64,000 nt of DNA, from the NCBI GenBank assembly GCA_964035545.1, contig OZ037772.1, forward strand, positions 8,611,150 to 8,675,149, read 5' to 3'. Below are positions 52,105-64,000 of this stretch, in pieces; the stretch's first letter is position 1, and each line of letters opens with the position of its first letter. Origin of the DNA: Bugula neritina. Its lineage: Eukaryota > Animalia > Bryozoa. The translations under genes and the position numbers were made by a program. Under the pieces are notes generated by a model, which worked only from the letters and a program-made list of their open reading frames with translations, was not told the DNA's origin and ran no database searches.

Positions 52105-55100
52105 ATGCGAGTTGCCGTTTCCTTCCACCAGTTGACAAGAGCCTTTCCTGTCAGTCTGCTACAGGTGCTTGTGATTAGCTGGTTACATCAGAGCATTGAG
52201 GGGGCTGCAATACGGCCCTCGTCATATGGTATGTTTAGTTTCTGTAGTTTATATTTGTATGGCTAATATAACATTATATATAATATATGATAATATACGA
52301 TATAGAAACTTACGATACATATACGCAATAACTATGCTTCTATATAACTTTTGTGTGTGTGCTCGTGTGTGTTTGCTTTTTAATTATATCTCAAAACCAT
52401 TTGACCTTTGACCATTTGTGCTCCAATTTAGATCTCGCTGATAGTTTTTCAAAATGTTGAAAACAAGCATTTTATAAGAGTATGTTAAATAACATACTTC
52501 ATAACTCTTTACATAAAATCGTATATATATAGCATGCCCCTCGGTTATACTATAAAATGCTAAACGTGCATGCACAATTTTATGTGTGGGCTTAGTTTAT
52601 ATTCAGAGTTTGCAGAAAAATATCGTAGACTAACAGTTTCTACTATGACTTATAAATACAAGCATGGATATAGATTTGTAACACTAAACATACTTTTAGC
52701 ATCCCAATTCATCTAAAAGAGGTTTTTTATCTTTAAGTATTTGTTTATTGATAAGAAAATGGTTTCTTTTGCGGTTAACTGTTTAACTCATATAAGCAGA
52801 CAACATGTTTGTTAGCTGAATCCCAGCTAAGCTAAACTCTAGCATGAGCTAAAAAAAGCTTTTGTTGTTAAGCAGTTCCTGTTACAATACAGCTTTATTG
52901 GTGAATTCAGTAACCTGTAAAGTATTCTAGTACGACATATATCAAGTTAGGTGAAGGAAAATCTTTAAGCTTCTTGTAATTTGCTTAAATTCTAAATCAA
53001 ATATTTGACCAGTAACACAGCTAATTAATTAAACACATCCTCTGTAAGATATGTATGTGGGCAGACCTAAAAATATCCTTCAGAAATTAGTGTGGGGCTT
53101 ACAATAAATTATTAATCATATGAAGTTGAGCAAGTATTAGTTGTTTGCCAACATCAATAAGTAATTACACCTGCACATATTACATAATCTACTGCATATA
53201 TACCTTACATAATCTACTGCAAGTTTCACTTTCATCCAATTTGAGTTCTCATGTACCTGACTTGTACACCTACCATTTGTTCACCTGCACTAAAAGCTTC
53301 GAATAATTTTTTAGTAGCCAAGTGTGAATTTTCACAGAACAAAAAATTATTTATATGTCTTCTAATAGTCAAGTAACGTGGTGCCTTTTTTTGTAAAATA
53401 GAATATGTAGCTATAAACCGCATTAACTCATCAATATTCTATGTCAGTATAATGACAGTGCAGCGTTATGAGTACCCATGCAGTACACAGTTGGTTTAAG
53501 GTCATACTTTTCATTTTCTGGCTCTTTGCCAGGTGCTTTATGTTCTATATGAACAATGTTCCACTGATAGCTCGAACAGGTTGAATGTCACAGGAACAAA
53601 AAAAATATGAAAAGATAAAGAAACTTATGTTCTCCAATATACTTTTTTATTTTTTTCAAAAGCCAATTCATGTTTAAGTTATAGCTTGTTGAAAAACATA
53701 GTCCCCCTTCCACATTCTTTTCAATTTATACGCTCCTGACTTGTTATTGTGTCTCAATATGCCTTGTATTTGAGTGCTTGTTAGTCTCGCTTCACTAACT
53801 TTGCCTATACTTCACAAGTGCCAGTGCTGCTGGCTCAAAAGCTAAATGTTATAAACTGTCAGCTAAAACCCAATCTTGTATTCCTAGGTTGGTTGGCCTA
53901 AATAAAACAATAGTCAAATCATGATTTCATGTTTTAAAAATTTACTCTATTCTAACCTGCTGCCTAGCTAGTTCTATTTTTGATGTATAATTACAAAATT
54001 TGTGATACATTTTTTTGGCAACCATGTAATTTATAAAATGCAGTAATGGTACTTATAATATTATATTATTATCATTATAATATATTATATAGTATTATGT
54101 GTGTTTTTATTATCCTGCATAATATCTAATTTATTATTGTTGTTGTGCAAACAAGTGCAATTAACCTAGTTTTCAAAATGTACCTCTAAATTATCAGAAT
54201 ATCAGTTTAGATATTTTCATGCTTTGTAAGGTAAACCTAAAAAAAGAGGCTGTATTCCCAAAGTAAAGGGTGTTGAACTATGAACTATATTAGATTAGCC
54301 ACTCTGCTACCAAGTGCATCAGTATAATATTATATGAATAGCTCTGATGCTTTGTCTCCGGTGGCTGGCTGCGATATGATAACTTGGCCAACTTCCAAGA
54401 GTTTAAAATTGGCGCAATTATTCAAGAGGTTACATACTGCACAGAGCTAGCAGTGATAGTAACCTTGCTATTGGCAGTACGTATTACAACTGCCAGCATA
54501 TAAGCTGCATTGTAGAATGCCGTTGGGGCAGGCTAGTAAAACCAAATTCTGCTCTATAATATACCTTAGACAAAATGCAGCAACATAATTTTTAGTTTCA
54601 AATTACATTTGCCACCCTTACATGAGCTGTGGGCTTCATAAAGATTCATATGATTAGAGATTTATGCTATAGGCCCTATCTGTGCTAGTGTATGATGAAA
54701 ATAACACACCATTGTCAAAGTTAACTTCAAGTATGTTGTTTTCCAGAAACTCAGTAATGTCCATTTATCTCTCGCATACAAATACTTATGTAATACCATA
54801 CAGTTTAAGTTTTATTTTAGAGCACATCTGCAAACTCTACAATAAGAGCTTGCTTTACCAGTCTATTTCAGACCTGTTTTTGTAGCTAGTAATACGCAAG
54901 CTACTTATTTTTAAACTTTTGGGTTATTTGTTCAAAACCATTAGCTTTGCTAGTAACCCGAGACTATTGCAACAGTTGACTGCTATCAACATGAATTGAC
55001 AGCCTAATAATTATAACCCTTTTGAGGCGCGAAATATTTATGTAATGATAGTTACTCATATAGTGCGCGTTTTATTAACGGTGACTGCGTGGTCTAGAGG

Positions 55101-58100
55101 TTAGAGGCGTCAGCGAGGAGTTAGTTGGTTATGGTTCAACCCTGTTTTGTCGCAATTTTTTTTGTCAACTTATGCAAATCCTACGCATGTATAATAAATA
55201 TGGCTATAATTGTAAAGTTTTTTTTTAACTTTTGTTCAACAGTAAGACAACATACATGCATAATAATTAGATACTGAACACTGGACTAAACCTTAAATTG
55301 ATCTTATAGAATACAATGTACTTAAAATAATCATATGTGAATTAGAGAAACTGAAAGTACACCTGCTGCTCTATAGACAGACCTTTACTGACAAGACTGC
55401 AAAGTGAAGTGATTTAGCTGAAATTAACTCTGCCAAACAAACAAAGAATTATGTTGTGCTGAGGCATTTTCAATATATTATTGTAACATAGTGAGATGAT
55501 TCAGCTAAGTGCTAATGTAAAACAGGGAACATTATATTGGCAGAAATCCAATAGACTGCCAATTTGTGCGAGAGGGTACTATATGTTATTGTGATAGCGC
55601 AGAGCGGCAAACGTACTAGGAATGTTATAATTAGTCACAGGAGCGTAGCTAGAACCACCATATGAAGAATTTAGAAAATTGCAGTGAAACTTGCAAAATG
55701 GTGTATGTTTTTACCAAATTGTGAAGAGCATAAACAGAATTTCAAAAAACAAAGAAAGTATATTAGAGAAAACATATCAAGGAATGTCAAGTTTCACTTT
55801 TATACTTTATAAAATGAATCCCCTGTGCTACAGCAGTGGAACATGGAGGGTGTAAAATTTTACTTATTATGCAACAACTTTTTCAAAAAACTTTTTATTG
55901 AAAAATTAAAAAAGTATATGAAAGAGGAATGCAAGAGCTATCTTTTCATGTAAAATTTGTTAATGTGAGACAAAAACTGTTCGAGCTATCCCCTGGAAAC
56001 CGTTTATATATAACATAAAGCAGTGCCTGAATCTGGAAAGTAATGACCTTAAACCAACTGTGTAGCCCTGTAGTGTGATGGTTAACACACTGGCTCACTA
56101 GTTGGAGGTCTGTCTGCCTTGACCCTACCCTGACAAAAAATTAGTGAGAAAATTAAAAAACATGTGCTATTGAAATAACCAAGTTGTTGCGCCTAAATGA
56201 AAGAAAAGTTTTGAGTAGCACGGAGTTGGTGGTCACTGAGTGTATTGGTTGGGAGCCTAGAGTTTGAAGTTTGTACAATGATTTGTATATACAATAACTG
56301 GTACTCAGCAACCTCTATTTCAGTGCTGCTTCTAGTGATATTTCAAATAAGGACACAAGCATTGGTTCAGTAGCTACCAACATAATAAGATACAACGGAA
56401 CATAACAAGCGTGACTTTACAAATTAGCAGATAATTTGGTGTTAACTATATTATTATAATATTGTATAACACAGTACCTGGGAGTGTAACATAAACAGAT
56501 ACTTTGTGGTGGTATCAAATTTAATTAGTGATTATTGATCATGCACCCTCAAGCTGACTATCAAAGTATGCTGCCTGCTTCATCTGTGCACGTGACTGCA
56601 GAAATCATGTAGCATTTGCTCTTTGAGGATTTGCAATCTTTTCCAACAGATTTTCATACATGCGAGTTTATAGTCACCATCCCTTGAGAACTCTTGATAA
56701 ATCGGGCCAAGGACTAATTATATATATGCGACACGAGAACAATTATGACTAAATACCTTTCCTAACATCACCAATGGCCTTTTTCGGAGTTTAAACTCAT
56801 GACCTTCGTGCGAAGGGTTATGTTTGAAATACCTTTTTTATTTGTGGCCACCGTAGAATGCTGTAATTTTACTACCGCTACTCCTTGATGACACAATATG
56901 GTGTAGTTCTTAACTATGACTAACTTGATTTATTTTTTTCCACCTGCAGAGATTGCCAGTACAGAGAAGGTAGACAGTGACCTCTACTTAGAGCTGTTCT
57001 GTGCACTCCAACCATCTAGTTGTAAACCTATGCCTTCTGCACGTAGAGCTCAAGGGGACTTTCAGCAGAGCAACAGCAACGCCATGAATTATGGTGAGTT
57101 TAATCTAAACTTATGGCGAAATAAGCTATAGTTCTTAAAGAGCAGTAGACGTTTATTGTAACACTCATGTTGGTAATTAAAGATCAATATTTTATTCGTA
57201 TACAAGGGTCATGAGATTTAAGTTACAGCGTGAATTTCACTTAAGTTTGTAATGGACAATTTAATAAATAACCACTGTGAATTTGAATTTTTATATGTGA
57301 GTTTTTTTATAAATTGTACATAAACTGCTTATAAATATATGATTTATATAATAAAATATATTCATATTTAATATATATATTACAGAAGTATTCTAGGCAT
57401 CTGTTTTAATAGGACATCTTTTTGCTCTGTTTAGGCGGTGTAAGCCAAATGATATATAAACCATAATTTCAACTGATTTATAACATTTTATTCAAAACAA
57501 TAATATATATATTACTTAAACGTGATAGCATATGATGTTGTTTAGTAATAAGTATTTTATACTTCATTTTTGTTTTTATTGAAGTTATCTTCTCGTGGTT
57601 GGTTCAGAATAGTGAGTCACCTTTTCTCTTTTGCAGAAATGGTTTTGAAGAGTTTATTATCTAAAAGTAATTCGAAAGAAACAGGTCAAGGCTCTGCAGG
57701 AAATTATGTTGATTCTAGTCAGCTAGTAGGCTATCAACCGCAACCTGCCCGAAATATTTTGAATAGTCTAAAACGGTACGTCAGCCCGTATCTTGTTAAC
57801 AATATAACTGATTCTTTGTTCTTAACATATATTATGTAATATTTGTAAATAACTTTGGTCAGATACAGGTTTGAGTCTGAGGTTAATTCTTCAACTAAAA
57901 AGCATTTTTCTAACATAGCTTTTAGTTGTATATAAAGTAAAGGTAAGGGAGCAGTTGTGAATGTCTATAGGAGTTATAGAGTGAATTGGCTTAGTGAGTC
58001 ATGGGTTCAATCCACGGTAATGCCATTGGTGATGTTAGGAAAATACCCAGTCATAATTGCTCCTGTGTCACATCTGCATAAGTCCTTAGTCTGTTTAAAA

Positions 58101-58294
58101 AAAATCGTTTCCATCAGGGATTCTCACTTGCTTGAGTTTTTTTTATAAAGTAAATGATGTAATTCTGCAACTGTTTATTTTGTAGGTTTGGAGGTGTGGT
58201 CCATCATGGGCAAACTGGTGGAGCTTCCTTTGGCATTAAACGGCAGCTGAAAGGTTCCCAGCCTGGCACTTCCGGGTTTTTCCAAGACTGGTAA
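52105..58294 (+). CDS. Putative secreted neuropeptide/prohormone precursor, 171 aa
   Basis: Exons 52105-52228, 56950-57093, 57637-57775 and 58186-58294 join in phase (1,1,2) to 516 nt. The N-terminus is signal-peptide-like (MRVAVSFHQLTRAFPVSLLQVLVISWLHQSIEG/AA). It has a Cys pair, an RR site and two C-terminal KR-delimited peptides, with AATAAA at 58441. Confidence 0.75.
53486..56062. mobile_element. ~2.6-kb segment bounded by long diverged inverted repeats with flanking TA (candidate non-autonomous DNA transposon)
   Basis: Left TA|CACAGTTGGTTTAAGGTCAT.., right ..ATGACCTTAAACCAACTGTG|TA. Similarity extends about 180 bp inward (GATAGCTCGAACAG on both arms). Confidence 0.55.
56213..56334. mobile_element. 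MITE family B, degenerate
   Basis: AGCACGGAGTTGGTGGTCACTGAGTG ... GTGCTGCTTCTAG. Confidence 0.6.
56660..56810 (-). mobile_element. tRNA-derived SINE family A, degenerate
   Basis: The reverse strand has GGCCATTGGTGATGTTAGG...GTCATAATTG...GATGGTGACTATAAAC. Confidence 0.65.
57948..58144 (+). mobile_element. tRNA-derived SINE family A, degenerate
   Basis: GGGAGCAG head, GTCATGGGTTCAATCC, GCCATTGGTGATGTTAGG...CCAGTCATAATTGCTCCTGTG. Confidence 0.7.
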
Positions 58295-60990
58295 CCTACT
58301 ATAATATGTCTGAAGACTAATGGCTTCGCGTGCAAGGCTGCTTTCACTCACTGATCACGTGCATTAGAGTGGAAAAATTTGACCAAGCAATTGGGAGTTG
58401 TACACTCATTTTTAGTTTGTATTGCAAATGGTTATTTGCTAATAAAAAAGATCTATTATGTGTTTATGCATACAGTTATTACCAAGAAGCTTTTAAATAT
58501 TTACATTCATGCATTAAAAACAACAGAAGTCAAATAAATTGAATTCTTTAAGAAGCAACAGTCTTATTAAATAATAATGCTTTTACCTACTATTACTTAT
58601 AAAATGGATCTCATTTGTGATTATATCTACTAATATGAACCGAAAAATGCATTCCTGTTATATATGTTCAAAAAGTTGAGTTTATAGCAATATGTGACTG
58701 CATATATGTGTAGTTTTATTTTATTCATTACTTTGATATTCATTATTGATGACGATACTATTATTTTATTATCAAACTCTGCTTAATTGTACTTTATGTA
58801 CATGTTTTTAATTATAGCCATATATGTTGGAGCTACCACATGCATGTCAACGTGCAATATAGTGAAAATAATAATATGCTAAATAAATGATTAAATCATT
58901 AATTGTTTCTTCTCATCTTTTTATTCTAGAGTAAATTCTCATTATTCCAAATAATAAGATATAAGACACCAAAACATATGCATAATGAGTATAGTAAGCT
59001 AACTTTGGTGCTAATGGCATTGCATAACCACACTCATATACTTCGTGCATACAGCTTAGTACAGTAATTATCACGAAAAGCATTGCTTAACAGTTGATAG
59101 TAGATACAGTACATAGTTCAGCTAAGCATTTTAAAACGGAGTTGTCTTTTACCAATAAATAGAAGTGAAATAAGTCGTAAATTATATGCAGAAGAAATCA
59201 TTACAATAAGTATATGTACACAAAAGCCTGCGGACTAATACAGACTGAGTACCAGTATAGAAAAATAGTACTGAGTTTCGATACCTCGTTACTAGACTCG
59301 CAAAATATATGCAACTAAACTATTAGCCTTCGCTGTGTTTCTATAAACAACATGGCAGGAAAAGTGGGCAATTAAAATTGTTACTAATGGCGAATTTAGA
59401 GCCAAATTAAACTGAAAATAACTGCTATAAGTATTTAAAGTGTCAACCAAACATTTGAAATATTTATAAATATGATTTAAAGTAAGTCAAACAGATAAAA
59501 ACACCACAAACATTCTAGTTACTAGGCATCCGCATGTCAATTTGAAATCGAATCATCATAATCATTATCATTATGATTACGATAAATTATGACTATCATT
59601 ATGATTATGATATTTTTATATTATAATTTATAATATAAAAATAATTATTAGTTTTTTTGTAAATACACATCAGACTAGTCATATATCTAAACTCCTACAC
59701 TGTAGCTTAAACTGTCGCTAGTTTTAATTTAAGCAAGTTATTGACTTGTCTCTATAACTATAAGTATAAGTATATTGGACTTGGTGTATAAGTATTGCAA
59801 GTACAGTTGACACAAAGTCAAACGTACCAAGATTTTAATTTGAATGAACAGAAGTTGATAATAATTAGTCAATTTTAGCAATAAATTAATTGTTTTGATA
59901 ATTGAAAAGGTTATCAATCACTAGATTGTAGGACATTTTCGAATAATTGTTAATTGAATAAAATAATAAGATTAAGATAGGATTTTACTTTTAGTAAGCA
60001 TTTTATTTAGATATGCGATTTGCACGCATTGTGACCAATAATGTTTTGTGAATATTTTTATACTGTCATTTTATTAAATTTGATAACATGCATCAATAAT
60101 TACTAGTTCAAAATATTATATTATTCTTAAAGTTTCTTAAAACATTTTGTAATTTATTAGAAATAAATTTAATCAATAATTTATTTTCCTGTGACAATAA
60201 TTTACTAATTTTAAATGTACAATAACATTATGAAAAAGTGTTATACATTTCCTCTATTTATTAAAATATTTTGTAATACAGTTTATGTATGCATATGGTA
60301 GTGTTACAAGAAGTTAGCCATGTTGATAGATAGGCAATTTACATAGTATTAGGATAAGTTGTGTGAAAGATTTATCTCAAGAAAGACATAGTGTGGTATA
60401 AAGTGGCATGTAGTTTGCTATCTTGTATTAGTTTACGTAGGAAGACAAAGAAAATACCTGTGTAAACAAACGTTTCATTGCCAAACCTGATATCTTGTCT
60501 TAATTTGGTCTCGGTAACTAGACATCAATCAATTTATTTTATAGTTTTATCAATATTGCTAATGAACTTGTGAAGAACAGACGTGTTTTATATAATGCAT
60601 TCTGAGCTTCTACTAGAAACTAGAATATTGATTATTTTGAATAGCTAACAAGTTGTTACTTACAGAGGGTGAAAAGTGTTGTGCCAAAATAAATTTTTGT
60701 TTTACTGATTTTCCAGTCTCATAGTGAGTCATAAATTAATCGACTGTAGAGTGATGATAATAAATTTAGCTATCTCAGTCAATGAGGGCTAAATAAAACT
60801 CATTCAATTGGTCAATTGGATAATGAATTTACAAAAAAGCATACATTGATTGACTCTTCAATCAGCAATTTAGTAGTCGACTGTTAGTTACACTGAATAG
60901 TTGATAATTAGAAACAAATAACTCGATTGCGTATGACTCAATTACACTTTAATTGATTTAGCAATAACATTGACTGCATATGGGAGGTAG

Positions 60991-61146
60991 GTACAGTAAT
61001 GGAGAACTTTAAAAACGCCTGTGTTCTAGATTAAAAATGTAGCATAAGAAGTTGTGTTCTCGCGAGAACTTTAACTCGCACCCAAAACTAAAATTTAGTA
61101 ATAAAATTAAAGAACTTACGCTATCTCAATTTTCCACTACTGCTGC
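60991..61146. mobile_element. MITE family C
   Basis: CAGTAATGGAGAA...GCCTGTGTTCTAGATT...TCTCAATTTTCCACTACTG. Confidence 0.65.
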
Positions 61147-61225
61147 TAAGTGGCATATATTCAAAACTACATAAATTTTTAGAAATACTTACTCACCACT
61201 TTATCTACTGCACAGATCTTTAGTC

Positions 61226-64000
61226 ATGGGGATCACACACTGGCATGATAAAGATTATTTTGGATCACTGGTCTGCGGAGAAGAGCAAGCATTTTCTGCC
61301 CTGGAGTTTTTGATTGACGATCTTCACGTGAGTAAGGAGCTGACGGTTCACAGATTCCTGGGAGATGCCGGCTCAGAGGACTTTATCTGGTCTCTAGTCA
61401 AATTCCTGGGGAGTCGAGACTCAAGGTCAGGTTCTGTAAAACTTTTTGTGATTTTCAATATATTTTAGTTTGGTCAAGGTATGTACAGTAACGGAGAAAT
61501 TGAGAAAAGCCTGTGTTCTAGATTAGAAATGTAGCACAAGAACTTATGTTCTTGTGAAAATTTCTACCTGTGTCCCAAAGCAAAATTTAATAATAAAATT
61601 AAATAACTTGGGCTATGTAAATTTCTCTGCTATTGCTCCTAAATGGTTTGATTAGTGTAAGTGAGTTAAAGTGCAGGTCAGTGAAAGAGTAATTTCTTAT
61701 GTATTATTTTTCTAATTTATCTCCACCACAAAGTGTTTGCCTTACGCTATGTTGAGCTAGTGAGGAACAAAAAGTGGATGTAAGTTAGTTATGGTGTAAG
61801 TTAGTGTAAATGAAAGTATAAGTAAGAATAGTTAATAATGTAAACTTATAGTAATCAGTTCTAATTCCTCATAAGCTAAATTAGCAAACACACGTCCACA
61901 TCAACTTGATGTTACGTTCAAAGTGTTGCAGTAACTGAAATTTGTTGTTCAGTGTGACAGCAGCTTAGCCTGCTAGGTAGTCTAGCCACTATTGTTGAAC
62001 TGTAAATAAACACTTTTATGTTACTGTTATGCTTTACTATACATTACAATACCTTATTAACACATTTTCTACTTGCTTAAGTTTTCTACTTCATTTAATT
62101 TAATACTCTAAGTGAAAGCTTTCTTGCTGCTTTACTGTATTAAGTATTGATGTCTCATAGTCATTACATTTGTGGCAGTGTTTGCATGCAGTTGGTCTAT
62201 AATGAAAAAATTGTTCCCATTTAAAAGAAATAAGTTTTCATAGAAAATTATGAACGTTAGTTATTACAAATTTCTTGCTTTAAGATTATGATGTACCTAA
62301 AAATATTTACAAACTAAATCTTGAGATTTTGGCGATATTTTATTTTAAATTGTTATATCATTGTTGCTTTACACTCTTACATATCATACTTAGGTCAGTT
62401 GCAATTAAATACATGGAATTATTAGTCCATAACCATTTTAGACTGTTTTATATGATGACTTCATTTCTGTACTGTTTCAAATATATGAATTTTAGTAAAT
62501 ATAAAAACAAGTTTCAGAATTCTTTTCCAAAAGTCAAGGCTGAGACCAGCAGATAAAATTATTTGAGGTCTTATTCTCTAACAGGAAAAACAACTTGTAA
62601 AACAAGTTGAGTTTTACAAGCTATATTTCTCAATTTATATTTCAAGCGCACCTTGCTATTAGCTCAAAACTCTGAATAACTGAAAAAATTCAAGATATTC
62701 TGAATTTTCTTATTCAATACAGATCGTAGCCAAAGTTTTAAGAGTTATCATCTCCCAGAGAGACATGATATTTATATATTATAGCCTCTTTGTCACACTG
62801 TAGAGTTGCTGGAAATGCTGCGTATATTATTGGAACTATTGCTGAATCTGCAGCTGGTAGAGACAGAGTTATCTCCCTCACCGAGAGCCGCCATATTGAA
62901 AAGAAGAACATCTTGCCTGACCTCGTCAGCCTACTCAGCTCCAGTGATGACGAGAGCGTTATGAACGCTGCCGGTACTATTGGGACGTTAGCCGAATCAG
63001 ATGAAGTGAGAACATGTCTTTAACTGTACAAGTTGATGATTTAATTGTATAACAAGTAAAACTGGATAAACAAGATTCTTATAACCATATTAGGAAGTTT
63101 TCTTAGGTTAAAACTAAAGCTGCATGTATACAGGCCGATTTTTCATTAAAATCGGCCGATAAACTGTCTGACGATTTTATAAACAACTTAATGATTCAAT
63201 TGTAATAAGTATAAGGAAAATTCTTTCAACACCTTATTAGGCGGTTTTCTTAGGAACTAAGTAATATTGTTATTGCTAGGTTTTTTTGAGAAAGCAGAGA
63301 GGGAGATGACTACCATTCTTTTATTAGTTGGGAAATTATTTTTTCTAACCTGATACAATTTTATGACAATAATATATGCTTATGATGCTTTTATTTATGT
63401 TTAGTACAAGTAATTTTTTTTTGCAAAAACTGTTTCAATGTTGCGATATATTTTACTTTTTAAAGATGATAATATTTAGACTATTTGAGACTTTGTACCA
63501 GCGCTGTTACTATACAGCTAAAACAGTAGTAGCAGCAGTATTAGTGGTTTTAGCAATAACAAGAGCAGTTAAAATAGTAGTAGTAAAAGTAGCAGTCCCA
63601 ATAGCTTACTTTCTACTCATTTCCAGGGAAGAGACTGGTTACTGCAGGAGTCTTGCACTCAAAAACTGATAGAAAAAGTCACATCTTTGTTATCCAATGA
63701 GAATGATTTGACAGCCAGTAATGCGGCCTTAGTTCTTGCACGTCTCACTATATCGGAGAGGGGCTGCAAGCTGCTACTCAACAATCACTACAGTAAAACT
63801 ATTCTCTCACAGCTAATTGGCTCCCTGGGCTCTGATGAAGCTGGTTAGTGTATAAAACTATCAAAAACCTTTCAATTTGTTGGTCTTTTCTTTTTTAATT
63901 TGTAATTTGTAGTCTGAGAATTTCTATGAATTGCAGGTAAAGGGATGAATGCAGCTTTTGCTATTGGTAGACTGTGTGACATTCCTGAAGGCCGCGCTAT
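61226..64000 (+). CDS. Armadillo/ARM-repeat protein, 5' portion (continues beyond window)
   Basis: Exons 61226-61425, 62804-63005, 63627-63843 and 63937-64000+ join in phase. ARM-like repeats: VAGNAAYIIGTIAE, LPDLVSLLSSSDDESVMNAAGTIGTLAE, TASNAALVLARLT, GMNAAFAIGRLC. Confidence 0.85.
61483..61636. mobile_element. MITE family C
   Basis: CAGTAACGGAGAAATTGAGAAAAGCCTGTGTTCTAGATTAGAAATGTAGC... Confidence 0.65.

Noticed and set aside
55083-55160. tRNA-like sequence (GTGGTCTAGAGGTTAG...GGTTCAACCC), with a similar one at ~56065-56135
   Set aside because: No convincing acceptor or anticodon stems; more likely SINE or other repeat heads than tRNA genes.
58244-58294. LKGSQ resembles the LKGAQ end of vertebrate spexin
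   Set aside because: Only a five-residue match; it lacks the NWT start and the amidation Gly plus dibasic site, so it is probably chance.
59352-59363. ATG GCA GGA AAA|GT as first coding exon of the ARM gene
   Set aside because: Its phase 0 does not fit the downstream exon frame and leads to an early stop; at most a UTR or uORF.

Overview
AT-rich, intron-rich animal genomic DNA, probably an invertebrate and possibly a lophotrochozoan; the species cannot be determined from the sequence. I assembled spliced gene models by hand from GT/AG junctions and exon phase. They are: the 5' part of WDR47 (minus, runs off the left edge); a complete NEK6/7 kinase (minus); a complete EVI5-family TBC Rab-GAP (plus, head-to-head with NEK7) with candidate alternative first exons; a 4-exon NHL/beta-propeller gene nested antisense in an EVI5 intron; a 4-coding-exon, 171-aa secreted prohormone-like gene (52105-58294) that the ORF track does not show as a unit; and the 5' part of an armadillo-repeat gene (plus, runs off the right edge). 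Non-coding DNA carries a tRNA-derived SINE family, at least two MITE families, long hairpins, a TA-flanked inverted-repeat element and microsatellites. The best candidate for a new system is the putative neuropeptide precursor (signal peptide ... KR-FGGVVHHGQTGGASFGI-KR-QLKGSQPGTSGFFQDW-stop). Next are a predicted TBC-less EVI5 isoform from an intronic first exon, the nested NHL gene, and recurring tandem duplications of splice junctions.
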